A DNA stretch of 63,718 nucleotides, the filler included, from Craspedostauros australis (Eukaryota): assembly GCA_030167865.1 (NCBI GenBank). It is 13 parts of 13 records of this genome, joined end to end, with 100 filler letters (N's around TTAATTAATTAA, not from the genome) between each part and the next. Parts side by side here need not be neighbours in the genome. Positions count along the whole stretch, not along the records: positions 9,769 to 24,058 come from JALAGF010002181.1; 12 more parts are not named here. The stretch is one strand, 5' to 3'. Under the pieces are notes generated by a model, which had not been told where the DNA came from, searched no databases, and worked only from the letters and a program-made list of their open reading frames with translations. The position numbers were made by a program, and so were the translations under genes. Positions 11,816 to 23,888 of this stretch are shown here, one piece after another (within the stretch, counting starts at the first letter, position 1; each line of letters begins with the position of its first letter).

Positions 11816-13340
11816 TTTGAGAGGATGGTCGATGGTTGGTGGACGATTGACGTTGGACGTTGAACGATTGGCGTTGGATTGACTGTCGAGGAAGTGTGCT
11901 GTTCGAGCAACCCATGACATGTCTGTTGTTGATGTGCTCGATTGTGGGGTTGAGCGGTGTGTGCGGTTACCTCGTTTCAATGTTCTCCTCGTTTCTCTGT
12001 TTGTCTACTTCTTGATCGCACCCTGGTTTGGGAGAGGGCACCAGCGCTGTCCGGAGAGTGCGGATCCTTCCTTTTGCTGACTGCGAACTGGCGCACACAA
12101 CAACGAGAAGAAGGAACAGAACACGACACACCCCCACAACATCGCTGTTGCGAACGCGAGAACACCACAAATGGGAATCGTCGATTCTCGCTTCACCACT
12201 TTTGCACGTGCAGAGATGTGTTCCCAATTCCACGAATTCTGTGTGTCAATGAAGTACTTATTAGCTTCTTTCATGAGAAGAACATGTCAGAAAGGCGTTC
12301 AAATGAGATCTCTGATCGTCAACTCGAAACAACCACGAAAGTGATGATGACGCCAACAGCTATGATGCGATGGGGAGAACACCCAGATGATCACAATCTC
12401 AATTGCAACCATCGCACGTCACGATGTACGCATATCCCCCAAGGAGTCCAATCGGCAACATGATTGCCTGAGAACCGCACATGGGAAATGCGCGATGCGT
12501 TGTACTACTACGAGTACGCATGAAGGCGGTGGATTGAACAATCATGTTCCCAACAGGTTTGACCAGCAAGTCATCGGCGCTCCTGATGATGGAGGGATAG
12601 GATGATCCCCATTTCCATATGCCAATACTCCAGCATTCGATCACTCATACTGCCACGGTGGTTGTCCCATGAGCCATCGATAGACGAGAGCACCAACATC
12701 CACGGATACTTCCAACCACAACATGAATGGTCCCTCCACAACAGAAGACGCTTTTGTAGTTGAGAACCTGCAACGTCCCTGAAGATGCCGAACAAGATCA
12801 ATTTCTTGTGGCGAACGCCTGCGCAACATCCAAACGATCGCGCCAGGGTGTTCACATGTATATGGATGCTACTCTCAGCATTGGCAACGAATCCCATCCA
12901 TCTTGTGGCATCCTCATCATGTGAGATCCTCAAGTCTCTTCGTTGCCGCCAGTCCTCATCTCACAAATCAGCATCTGCATCAGCATCACCAACAACTCAG
13001 ATGCAAGCAACTCAGCAAATCAATGAATATCATGCACAGCACCCACAGCACAAACAAGCGCAACACCAACAGCAGCAGCATGATCGGCCAAGAACGATGC
13101 AAGAGAGAGAGAGAGACTAGCGTCAGCTCGGTGGACTATGGTGATTCACGGAATGATCACCCTTGTCGGTCCCGATGGCACCACAGCGTCCAAAGGCACC
13201 CCCCTCTCTTCCTTGGTCGACTCCGTCTTCACTATCCTCATGGGAGCCATGGGGGGTCAACTTTGGACATCTCCAAACGGTGCACGCCATTGTTTACAAC
13301 TACAATAGCTCACCGCAACAATGCCGCCAACATGAATGAA

Positions 13341-13357
13341 TTAGCTTGCAATGGTGA
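13341..13357 (+). repeat. Left target-site duplication of the LINE (TTAGCTTGCAATGGTGA)
   Basis: Identical 17-mer at 22020-22036. Confidence 0.95.
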
Positions 13358-13523
13358 CAGTCCTGTGACTCTTCCACCGTTGAAGACGTACGTAGGACCA
13401 GTACAAAATTTCTCATGTAGAACCTGTAGAAACAGTACTAGAACAAAATCCTGAACAATGGTGCGCACCGACACCCAAAACCGTTCTGGCACAAGCAACC
13501 AGACCACTCGTTTGACATCGACA

Positions 13524-15867
13524 ATGGCACAAGGACGATCAGGAAGAGGAGGCCGTCAAGCCTGTGGCACTAGCTCTCGAGGAGGAGGCCGCGGCGGGAA
13601 GCGACAGTCCAGAGACTCCCCGGGCAAAAAGACGGCGAAAACGCGCCCCTCTGAAAACGAGAACCGTTGGATTTGGAGCCACCAGCACGAGCGAAGTTGG
13701 GGAGACATTCTGCGCGAACGCAACCTGATGACACGAGGCTACGAGCCGTTCCTGGCAGTGACCGGGGAAGAAGGAGCATTGGACGAGTCGATCGCATTTT
13801 GTCAAGGAGATGAGGGACGACCTGACGAACGGAGCATCCTTTCCACAGTGGAAGGAGCTATTCAGTGATGCCTACGAGAACAAGCTCCCCGCGGAGTCCA
13901 ACCTGGTGATGATCCAAATCATGGTGAGACTGTTGGCGACTTCAAACATCTTCTCGTCAGCGCTGTGGAAACTGGGGCAGATCCGATCCACCCATGAGAC
14001 CGCAGCATGGATCGCCGCAAGAACTGTCTTCATGGAAGTCAAGGGCATCCACCTTGATAACGACGACGAAGAAGTCCCACAAGCCAGCTCCCCGAATCCA
14101 ACGTCCAAGAAGAAATCGTGTACGCCAAGACACAAAGTGAAGGCATACCCGCGCAAGAACCCACAAGCGCGGGAATTGGTCAGCGTCAACGATGTGCTCA
14201 GCGAGTATCATAAGACGTTCTTTGACGTGAGGCTGCCGATGTCAAGGGAAGGTAGCGACACTCCTCTCACACAGGTCATTGCAGGACTCAACACCCTGCG
14301 AGCGTTCATCTTCCGCGCAGATTCCAAGGCCCAGATACTGGCGTGGCGCAAAAGCAAGGAGCTACGCCCATGGACTGCGGCAGACGTCGCATGGACCAAC
14401 CGGGAGACCCTGAAGCAATTCGTGGATAGCCTCTACGCGCGTACGGGCTTCATGACTTACACCCGAATCTGGGTTGCTCACAAAAGGGACCTCGAGGTCT
14501 TCGACGACGACGGTACTCTCGCAGCGGCTGCGATCTCCTTCAAGAAGTCAGATATCCAGGAGCATAACATCGTGGCGGCGGGTTGGCTCTTCGGGAGCCA
14601 CAGCACCATGAACACGGATGATTTGGCCAAGGTGATCAACAATCACGAACTCGTGAAGAATCACTGTGTGGTCCAGCTCCGCATCCGCGAGATCCAGCTG
14701 GTGAAGAGACGAGGACGGCGCTCTGAGTCGGATGACTTCCGCAACTGGCCAAGGGCAACCCACACCATGTGTGGTGAATTGAAGTCCACGGTATGCCGAG
14801 TCGCCATGAAAGACATGTTCAACAATCAAGCTGACACGGTGAGACTTCTTGGGAAGCAAATGCGGTTCATGCCGGATGCCCTTGACCAGCGATTCCACCA
14901 TCCCCCCTCCGAGCTGGCAAATCTCAGCTCCATGGCAGCACACCAGATCGCGTTTGAAAAGAAAATGGTCACCCAAGGGGTCTACTCCATCATGCAGCTG
15001 GACGTAGAAGTCCCAATTTGGAGATTGACACTGCGAGAAGTCATCATGAACCTTCGGTCGTTCGACAATCCGGACTACACATTGTTCGTGTCCGTCGATA
15101 CGGACAAGTTTGATCGCAATCGCACCTTCTTTGTCTTTCACCCCAAACGACAGGTCGAAGCAAGGGAACTAATCTCCAAGCTTCCCTTCTTCTGCAGCAA
15201 GAAGCTCGATCACAAGTGCCAAGGCTGGTTCACCCCAGAGGCCTGGTCCCAAAACGAATTCTACGAGGTGGACTGGGAGACTGGTCTGGTTCGGAGCAAA
15301 GAAGAGCTCGAAATGGGGCAGCTTGCGCAAGCAGGCGCTCACTTTCTGGACCTCGACGAAGACAAGATGGTTGGTCTGTCAGCCGAGGATGTGGGATGGG
15401 AAGGTTACGTGGACGAACACGGGAACATGAAGCCGGTTCCGCTTCTGAAATTCGAAGTAGAAATGATGGCCAATCCCAGCACCCAGAACGGTGACAACGG
15501 AACAGTTGCGACGTTCGCCACAGCCACTGTAGCACAGCAAACCGCCCACATCAGCGCGGCTATCGGTAACACGGCAAAGCACAAATCGGCAAGACCCCAA
15601 CTGTTTGCAACGGACCCAACCGCCAAGACCGACTTCGACCCGGACGATCCTGGCAACAGCATCCCTGAAGAGGACGAACAAGAAACCGACGAGAGCGACC
15701 AAATGAAGGGCCAACGATCGGGTGAAGGAGACGAAGACGGAGACAGTTCCGGCGACACCGACGAGGACGAGAGCAAGGAGGGCAGCTCGGGAGACGCCGC
15801 GATGGCAGATCCAATGGACACCGATACAATTGCAACCATGGGCCAAGGAGCCAACAACCAGGAGTAA
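13524..15867 (+). pseudogene. LINE ORF1 (RGG-rich N-terminus, acidic C-terminus) with a 1-nt frameshift
   Basis: MAQGRSGRGG... (ATG 13524) joins the 13810..15867 ORF if one T is removed from TTTT 13797-13800, giving DESIAF-VKEMRDDLTNG. Confidence 0.8.
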
Positions 15868-16153
15868 AAAAAAAACACATATATACACACAGAAGAGACC
15901 GGATGAGACAGAAGCGAAAACGCGAAACAACAGCCACAACACGAAACAGCAACAAACACGACAAGCATCAGCGCACAATCACACACTCAACAGGGGTGAA
16001 CAGATAAGCTGTATACACATCCTCACTACAAGCGACGAACAGACGAACGAATCAAGAGGACTACACCACTAAAATAGTGGACCAACAACAACCACGAATT
16101 CTGGCAAGGACCAGAGCTGCCAATCTATACCACAGTGTACTAGAAACGGCAAG

Positions 16154-19100
16154 ATGACAGACGACACTGTCGACACAGAAGCGAGTAGGCTAAACGATGC
16201 TTGCAGGGATGCGATGACTACGAAGTCGGGAGATACGATACGAATTGTATTTCAGAACGCATCTCAGATCCCCATCCATTCATACCAACAGAAGAATGAA
16301 GAGATCTTTGACTTCATCAAGACGAGCAATCTGGACGTGCTATGCATGGCAGAGACCAACGTGAGATGGGACTACGTTCAGCCGGCAGACCAGTGGGCCG
16401 AACGAGGGCGACGGATGATACCCAGGTCAAAGCACGTGTTCTCATACAACACCCACGAAACAAAACGCGATCCTAGAATCTACGGTGGAGCAGGAGTAGT
16501 GACGACTGCCCAACTGGCAGCTCGCACCTTTCAACACGGTGTCGATGAGAGTGGTATGGGCCGATGGTGCTGGACACTGTCGGAAGGCAAAGGTGGCAAG
16601 TCCCTCAGAGTCATCGCGGCCTACAGGCCGTGTCGATCCACCAAAGGAGACAACACGGTATGGGCGCAACAAGTGAGGGCGCTGGCCGAGGAAGGCCGAG
16701 TCGAAGACCCTCACGAAGCTTGGGCCAAGGACTTGCAGAACGAACTACGACGATGGAAGGCACAAGGAGAGGCCATTGCCCTGGGAGTGGACCTGAACGA
16801 CGATTCCCTGGATAACGTAATATCCAGACAGCTCACCGCAGTTGGTCTGAAACACGCAGTCGAGGGCCGTATTGGGCCAGAATCACGCAGGGCTACCCAA
16901 CAACGGAACCAAGGGGAAGTGCCAATTGACGCCATCTACGTCTCGGACGGAGTACAAGTGTCCAAAGCAGGCTATCTGGCGTTCGGGTCTGCCATCCCAT
17001 TGGACCATCGCGCAGTCTGGCTGGACATCAGCTTCTCCCAGGTCTTGGGATCAGGCATCAAGCCGGTGAAATCCGGCTCTCCAAGACGGCTCGTGCTAAG
17101 TGATGCGAGGGCGGTGCAACGCTACAATGATGCGCTCCTCGAGGAGTACGGGAAACACAGCATACAACGGCGAGTGGAGAAGATGCTGAAGACGGCGAAA
17201 GCCCAAGGATGGACGCTGATGCGTGATCAACGATCACAGTTCGACAAGCTCCTGGAACAGATCAATCAGATACGAAGGTTTGCAGAGAAGGGATGCAGAA
17301 AGCTCAAAATGGGCGGAGTCGCATGGTCCCCGGAAATGCAGCGTTCTCGTAACGTGATCAAGCACTGGTCTTTAGAGGTGAAGCATCTCTCTGGAATGAA
17401 AGTCAGTTCTTCCCTGCGACAACGTACCAAGAAGCTAGTCGGTCTGGTCGAAGGCGAGTCCCTGCAACACGCACAGCACATGCGCACTGAAGCCTACAAA
17501 ACCTACTACGCCCAGAAGAAGGATCACCAAAAAGCACGACAAGACCACCTGGTGCAAATGCCTTGGCAGCGACATGACGCGAACGAGCAGGAGTATGAGG
17601 CTGCCCTCAAGACGCTGATGAATAGGGAACGACAGCGCGAACAAGCTGGCCGTCTACGAGCGGCGTTTGGGCGCGGCAAGTCCATGACCACGAAAGTACT
17701 GTTCACCGACGACGCCGGACAGGTACACGAGTGCGACGAACAACACGAGATCGTCTCCGCCTGCATCAGAGAGAACAAGAAGCGGTTCTCACAGGCCAAC
17801 CGCACCCAATGTATGGTCGGACCAGGCAAAACCCTCATGGACCGCATCTGGGTCCCGGAACTAGCGAAACAGTTGATCGCAGCAGAAGGACCGTGGCCGT
17901 CTTCGATCGATCCGATGGTCCGAACTCTTCTGGAGTGCCTCGAGCCTGTCGACTCAGACGATACCCAGCTGGAGGTGAAAGATCATGCGAAGGCCTGGCG
18001 CAAGCAGACAGAACTCACAAATTCCGAACCGAGTTGCCCGCACTTTGGGCATTACAAGGCGGCCGCACAGAATCCCGCACTTGCCCGCGTGGATACCATC
18101 CTAAGAGAGATCCCGTATCAAACTGGCCATTCTCTGAAGCCGTGGCAATGTATCACCGACGTCGAGATACTCAAGAAAGCGCAAGTGTTCAATATTGAGA
18201 AGATGCGCACGATTCAACTGATGGATGCGCAGTTCAATTTGAATAACAAGCGACTCGGCAGACAAATGATGCGAACAGCGGAAGCGGCAGGATGGCTGTC
18301 AGGATTCCAGTTTGGAAGCAGGAAGCGCAGGTCGGCGATGAGTGCAGCGCTGAACAAGCGACTCACCATCGATCTGGGATATCAGCGAAAAGTCGCGCTG
18401 TCCTTTTGCTCCAACGATGCGAAATCGTGTTACGACAGAATCGTTCCAAACTTCGCCGCGGCAGCGATGATGGCTGCAGGGGCCAATGCTTCGGCCACAC
18501 GGTGCATGTTCAAGACCCTTCAAGACGCACGACACTTCATCAGCACAGCCTACGGTGTCTCCAGCCGGTACTACGAGAAAGACGCGGAATGCGATATGCA
18601 TGGAATCGGCCAGGGTAATGGAGCAGGCCCAGCGATCTGGGCTGTCATCAGCTCGGTGATGTTCAAAGCCATGACCCGGCTGGGACACACGTCGTCGCTG
18701 ATTACTCCGTCAGGAGAATATATACCCATACTGGGGTCGGCCTTTGTTGACGACACGGATTTGATCAGAATCGAGCTACCGCAACGAAACGACGCAGATG
18801 TCTCCAGCTTTCGAAGGACGGTTCCAGACTGGAGCTGCCTTCTTCAGGTCACAGGAGGAGCTCTGGTTCCAGAGAAATCAGCCTGGTGGGCCACGCAGCC
18901 AGCGTTTGTCAAGGACAAATGGGTGTGGAGCGACAGCGAGACTTCGGTGACCATCAGCATTGACGATGGCCGAGGAGGAAGTGCAGTAATCCCGAGCAGG
19001 ACGATGTCACAGCCAGTGTTTACACTGGGGGTGTTCATCTCGTTCGATGGGGACAACGAGGAGCAAATCCAGACCTTGCGGACGAAAGCAGAAGACTTCG

Positions 19101-21915
19101 GCGGAAGGATGCGCATGGCGCAGATCTCCCCGGACGACGCAAGGTCGGCTCTTACCCTGCGGTTCATGAAATCCATCGAGTACGTCATGCCGGTTGTCCA
19201 GCTCACTCCTCTGCAGTGGCGATACATCATGGCCCCAGCCTTGCTGGCAGCCTTGCCAAAAATGGGATGCTCGCGGACTTTGCCCCGGGACTTAGTGTAC
19301 GGCACGAAGTCGCTCGGCGGTTTGGGTATCGTCAATCCGGTGAATTCTCAGCTGATTGCACAGATCCAGCTGGCGTTCGACGAAGTGTTCCAAGAAACTC
19401 AGACGGGCAAGATGATTGTCTGCTCTATACAAGCACTCAAAGAAGAGCTGGGGGTGGGAGGATCTCTATTCCAGCGCTCGTTCTCCAGCATGGGGCACTG
19501 CGCAACCAGATGCTGGGTATCCGGCCTATGGAAGCAGCTTCAGGGAACAAGTATTGAGGTGTGCGAGTTCTCGTCATCTTGGAAGCTCCAATGGAAAGGA
19601 GATGCCTTCCTCATGGATCTATGGACTCAGCAACACGTGAAAGGCGCACAGCTCTACCACCTGAACATGGTTCGCCACAAGATGGGGGTGATGCGCATGT
19701 CGGACATTGTGTCAGCAGATGGCACCAGAATACTGCCTGAAGCGCACGATGGCACTCTGACGTCCGGAATGCCACAGCGATGGGCACGACAACCCGAACG
19801 GCTTCCCAGTGGCTGGTGGAAGGAGTGGCAACAATGGTGCAAGTCGATGTGCTTTTGAGGCCTGCTTCTGGACAAGCCCCTCGGCAGATGGCAGAGAGAG
19901 GACGGGACTTGGCGCTGGTGGAAGGCACCGTACCAGGACGATATTTTCGACTTGGACGTTGAACCAGTTCTTCGCTATCGACCTCTCCCACGACGGCGCA
20001 CCCGACGCCGGCAGTACTCTTTGGCCACGCCTGCTACTGTGGTCCCAGCCGGCCTCAAACGAGTCTCGGTCGTTTACACTGACCAGGGCATCGAATGGGA
20101 CGGTCATATCGGATTGACGTGTCCTCTAGAGGAACCGGCTCCTGCATACGAGCCAATCGAAAACATGCGAGGGACCATCCCCATGCAGGAAGTGGCTCGG
20201 GCCGCGAACAGGGGCAATTTGGTGCTTGTGAGCGACGGTTCGTTCAAGGATCAGCGGGGCACTTCGGCATCAATCGCTTATGATGTACAGTCGAAGGAGT
20301 ATGTCTACTGCCAGACGTTCGTCCCAGGGCCTCCAGAGGTCCAGAGCGCCTAAAGAAGCGAACTCGCCGGAATCTGGGCGTCCCTGGCAATGGTGGCAGA
20401 GCTCCCCGGATTACAGGACGACTGTACCATCACCATAGCTCTTGACGGTAAGCAGGCGCTCCTACAAGCTCAAGAGAACTACCTGAGACCGCACCAACGA
20501 CACTGGGATATCCTCACCGAGATCCGACAGCTCCGACGCTGCATCAAGGCCACGCTGAAATGGGTGTGGGTGAAAGGCCATCAGGATGACACAGGCAGGA
20601 AACTAACGCTATTGGAACGGCTCAACGTGGAGATGGACGCGAAAGCAAAACAATTCTGGTCCGACACGGGCTCCAGGCCACACGTGAAAACCTGGGTGAC
20701 TGCCACAGGTCGATGGAGGCTCCGCCTGCGTGACGCCGACCATTCTCATGTGGATCCTGAGGCCATGAACGAACTCCTTCAAACGGCATCGGCGATGCAA
20801 TACTGGTCTACAAAATTCCAGTGGAATCAGAACCAGGTTCGCCAGATCGATTGGCGCGTGTACAAGACGGCGCGGCAGTCCAAGCTGAACCGTGGGACGG
20901 TGCGTTTCATCTCCAAGTGGGCTTCCGGCTTTGTGGGGGTCAACCACAAACTCCATCACGAATGATTCTGGCCTGCTTGCGTGCTCAGGATGCGAAGTGG
21001 AGCACTCTCAGGCACACAGATGACAGTCTTCTATTGCTTATCTGTTGTTGGTGTATTGCTGATACACTCCTTGTTGTGAACCAGATTGTGACCGCATGCC
21101 ATGAATCCAACAAAGACACATGCTCTGTTCGTTTTTCCCTTTGTGTTGTTTCAGCCACAAACACTCCGCCTCGGTTACTTATGACTGTACGGTCACAGAA
21201 TCTTTGACCAATACGAGCTACGCAACTCGTTTGACCCTAAAACTTGCTCTATCAGACTGGCCAACTACAGACGCCGAAGTGCAAGTTCTGCAATCACGAC
21301 GAGACCACTCAACATGTTCTCCGGTGCCCGGAGCATCACGAAGCGTGGACTGAGGCTACTTCAGGCCTCATTGATCGCATGGTGACGATTGGAACAGCCC
21401 CAAGGCTGGTCCAACGCATGTGGGTTGGTCTCGTGAAATGGAGAAGGAACACTCGGGCCAGCGATGTGCAAAGTGAAATTGGGTGGTACCCTCTCATGCT
21501 AGGGTTTCTCCATGAGGATTGGGCTCTACATCAGGCCCGCTGGATGACGACGCATGAGTGCCGGTACCCAGACGCCAACTCTTGGGCTTGGGAGGTCGTG
21601 CGGTGGATCTGGAAAATCCCCTGGGAAATATGGTTGGCACAGAATGCGAAAGTGCACGGCGAAGAACAGCATCCTACGGTACAGGACTTGCGGCGCAAGG
21701 TTCGCCGAATGATACAGGGTGCAAGCCAGGATATGAACGAAGCGGAGATGCGGCTGTTCCGGGAAGGACGCCATGTCGAACATGGCACCGAGGTTCAAAT
21801 GCAGCAGTGGGTGAACGCTATGATAGCCGTTCATGCGGCGGTGAGAGCGCGGCGTCGATCGCGGTCAATGCATGCTGAGAGGCGGGCGTTGGCGGCTTGG
21901 TTGGGGCTATCATAG
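16154..21915 (+). pseudogene. LINE ORF2: apurinic endonuclease, reverse transcriptase, RNase H, Cys/His finger
   Basis: APE motifs (IVFQN, LCMAET, GVDLN, PIDAIY, LDHRAV), RT motifs (FCSNDAKSCYDRI, GIGQGNGAGP, AFVDDTDL), RNase H (LVSDGSFK, RSELAG, IALDG, WVKGHQD, NVEMDAKAK) and CKFC..ETTQHVLRC. Interrupted by TGA 19856-19858, TAA 20351-20353 and a 296-nt insertion. Confidence 0.93.
20959..21246. mobile_element. About 288-bp insertion into LINE ORF2 with an imperfect 8-bp duplication
   Basis: Flanked by CTCCATCA (20951-20958) and CTCTATCA (21247-21254). Removing 296 nt restores VNHKL(H/Y)QTGQ, colinear with VNKKLLQTGQ in the second copy. Confidence 0.8.
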
Positions 21916-22019
21916 TCGAAGACACACGACAGCTCGCTCAAAGCACGGCCCTACGGGGCCTGCGGCGGCAAGGGTAAAGCCTTATGGCACATTTCTAATG
22001 TAATCACTGAGTTATTGAT

Positions 22020-22036
22020 TTAGCTTGCAATGGTGA
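22020..22036 (+). repeat. Right target-site duplication of the LINE
   Basis: TTAGCTTGCAATGGTGA, identical to 13341-13357. Confidence 0.95.
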
Positions 22037-23746
22037 GTATTCGTTCAATCAGTCATTGCTGGACATGCTTGAAGCGATCTCCTTGAGGGATGAGCGAGAT
22101 AGCTACGACTACGTATGATACTACCAAGTAAGCTGTGAATGCAAAACGTGTCGGATAACCAGAAATCTCCAACCTCCTTGAACATCAGCATCTTCCGCAG
22201 CATGAGCAGCTCGTCGACAAGCGGCCAGCGAGCCCACATCGATCTACCAAACGAGTGGAATGAAAGCGATCGGCTTTCGCCGTCACAATCGTCACAGAAC
22301 TCGGCTCATCCAGCCGCGTCTGTCGCTGCAAGATCACTACCGCTAGATGTCAATCGCATCGTTCCAAATTTACCTCGCGTTCGACATCTGGTAGATCGCG
22401 TTCGGCCTCCAGGAACGATTTCGCGCCCTTGGACGCACCAAAATCACCTCCACCGTTGCATCAGCGCACGATGTCGAACCGAAACTTCGGACACACGCCG
22501 AGTACCTCCAGCAGCAGTGGGACGCGCAACGGTAACAGCTCTTCTTGCTCTCAGTTTGTGTGCTCCAGGCAAGAAGCCGAGCGTTGCATGGTGGAACGAC
22601 GGCACGGAAGATGAGCCTTCGGCGAACAGATCCATGGGTACGCCCCGCGCTGCAAGCTATCGTCATCGGCACTGTCAAACCAACGCTCCTCTTCACGCCA
22701 GACTCGCCATCACAAACAAGCAACAACAGCAGTAGAACACACATGATCAACGAAGAGTGAGATGATGGTGGTCATGAAGTCGGACATGGTGACAAAGTAA
22801 AGCAGAGTGGAGTGAAGTGCTCCATGCAAGACAACATAACCTATATAACTAAGCTGATGATGATAGCGATATCGATTGATGCTGAGCACCTTTGAAGGAG
22901 AGCAGAGTATGGTGGCTACATGTAGCCTCCCTAGCTTTGGATGTTGGAATACTGGATTGTTGATCTTGTTCGAGTTGTGCACTTTCTTCCCACCTTGTTG
23001 TGTGTTGTCCAAAACACTCATTCGGCGAAGTTGGATTGAGCAGAAACGAGAATGCAAATGGCTCTCAGTTCACTGTTCGGGTCATTTCGCCGATCGAGAA
23101 ATCTGATGCGAAGTGGCATCCACGATACAAAAACACGGTCTTGTGCCAAAAATCACAAAGATCGTGTGATTGGGGTGGATGGAGGTCGGCACGATCCCTT
23201 CGTCCACGCTCACCAACATGGAGACTCTGAGAGAACTCCACCGAAGACGGCACCATGCTCCACGATGCTGAGCAGTCCACCACACTGAGCACTCCACGGT
23301 GTGCGGATCCATGCCACGAACCCACACACAACAATGAACAACAACGCAGAGGTGATGAAGCGAAGAGAGATTGAAGTCAATTGGGAACATGTTCTCCACC
23401 CTGCTTTCCTGTCAAAATTCTCCATTCGGTCCTTTGGCACAGCGTCGGCTGACCATTCCTCACTTGCAGCACACCATACTCTATTCAGGTTGAATCGGGC
23501 AAAGCAAGATGGGCTTCTTTGGTCCATTGAATGGCTCCAGCAATGCTGACATCAACATGGACATCAGCGGCAACAACTTCAATGATGGGGACATGCAGGG
23601 TGGTGGGGGCGACGATGGCAGCAACTTTGGGGGCGTTTCCTTGGATGATGATCAGTCACAATGGTTCCTCTCAAGATGCTGCTCATCCATCACACACCTG
23701 TCCAGAACAAAGCAGGACACACTGTGAATCCATCAGTTGGCCCCTG

Positions 23747-23888
23747 TCAGGAATCGGGTGTTGTGAAACACCGAATTGCCGCACCTCCCAAGAGTGTGGA
23801 GTTGAGCATTGTGGAATGCTACATTACCGCACCTCCCAAGAAGTCAGGAGTCGAATGTCATGAAATGATACATTACCGCAACTCCCAC
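23747..23888 (+). repeat. Degenerate tandem repeat, 3 units of 48-49 bp
   Basis: The core ATTRCCGCAMCTCCC starts at 23775, 23823 and 23872, and the intervening segments resemble each other. Confidence 0.7.

Larger units (their letters stand above)
13358..22019 (+). mobile_element. Full-length non-LTR retrotransposon (ORF1 + APE-RT-RNase H ORF2), Ambal-like; mildly disabled
   Basis: Bounded by a perfect 17-bp TSD and carries two long ORFs. Its 3' end is shared with the copy at 52201-54370. The clade name is inferred from domain content and likely host. Confidence 0.93.

Noticed and set aside
22033..22735. LINE inserted into a host splice donor (empty site reads AATG-GTGAGT)
   Set aside because: I could not find a phase-compatible downstream exon or a recognisable protein, so it may be chance.
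23747..23888. CRISPR-like repeat-spacer array
   Set aside because: Only three imperfect cores, the spacers resemble one another, the context is eukaryotic, and there are no cas genes.
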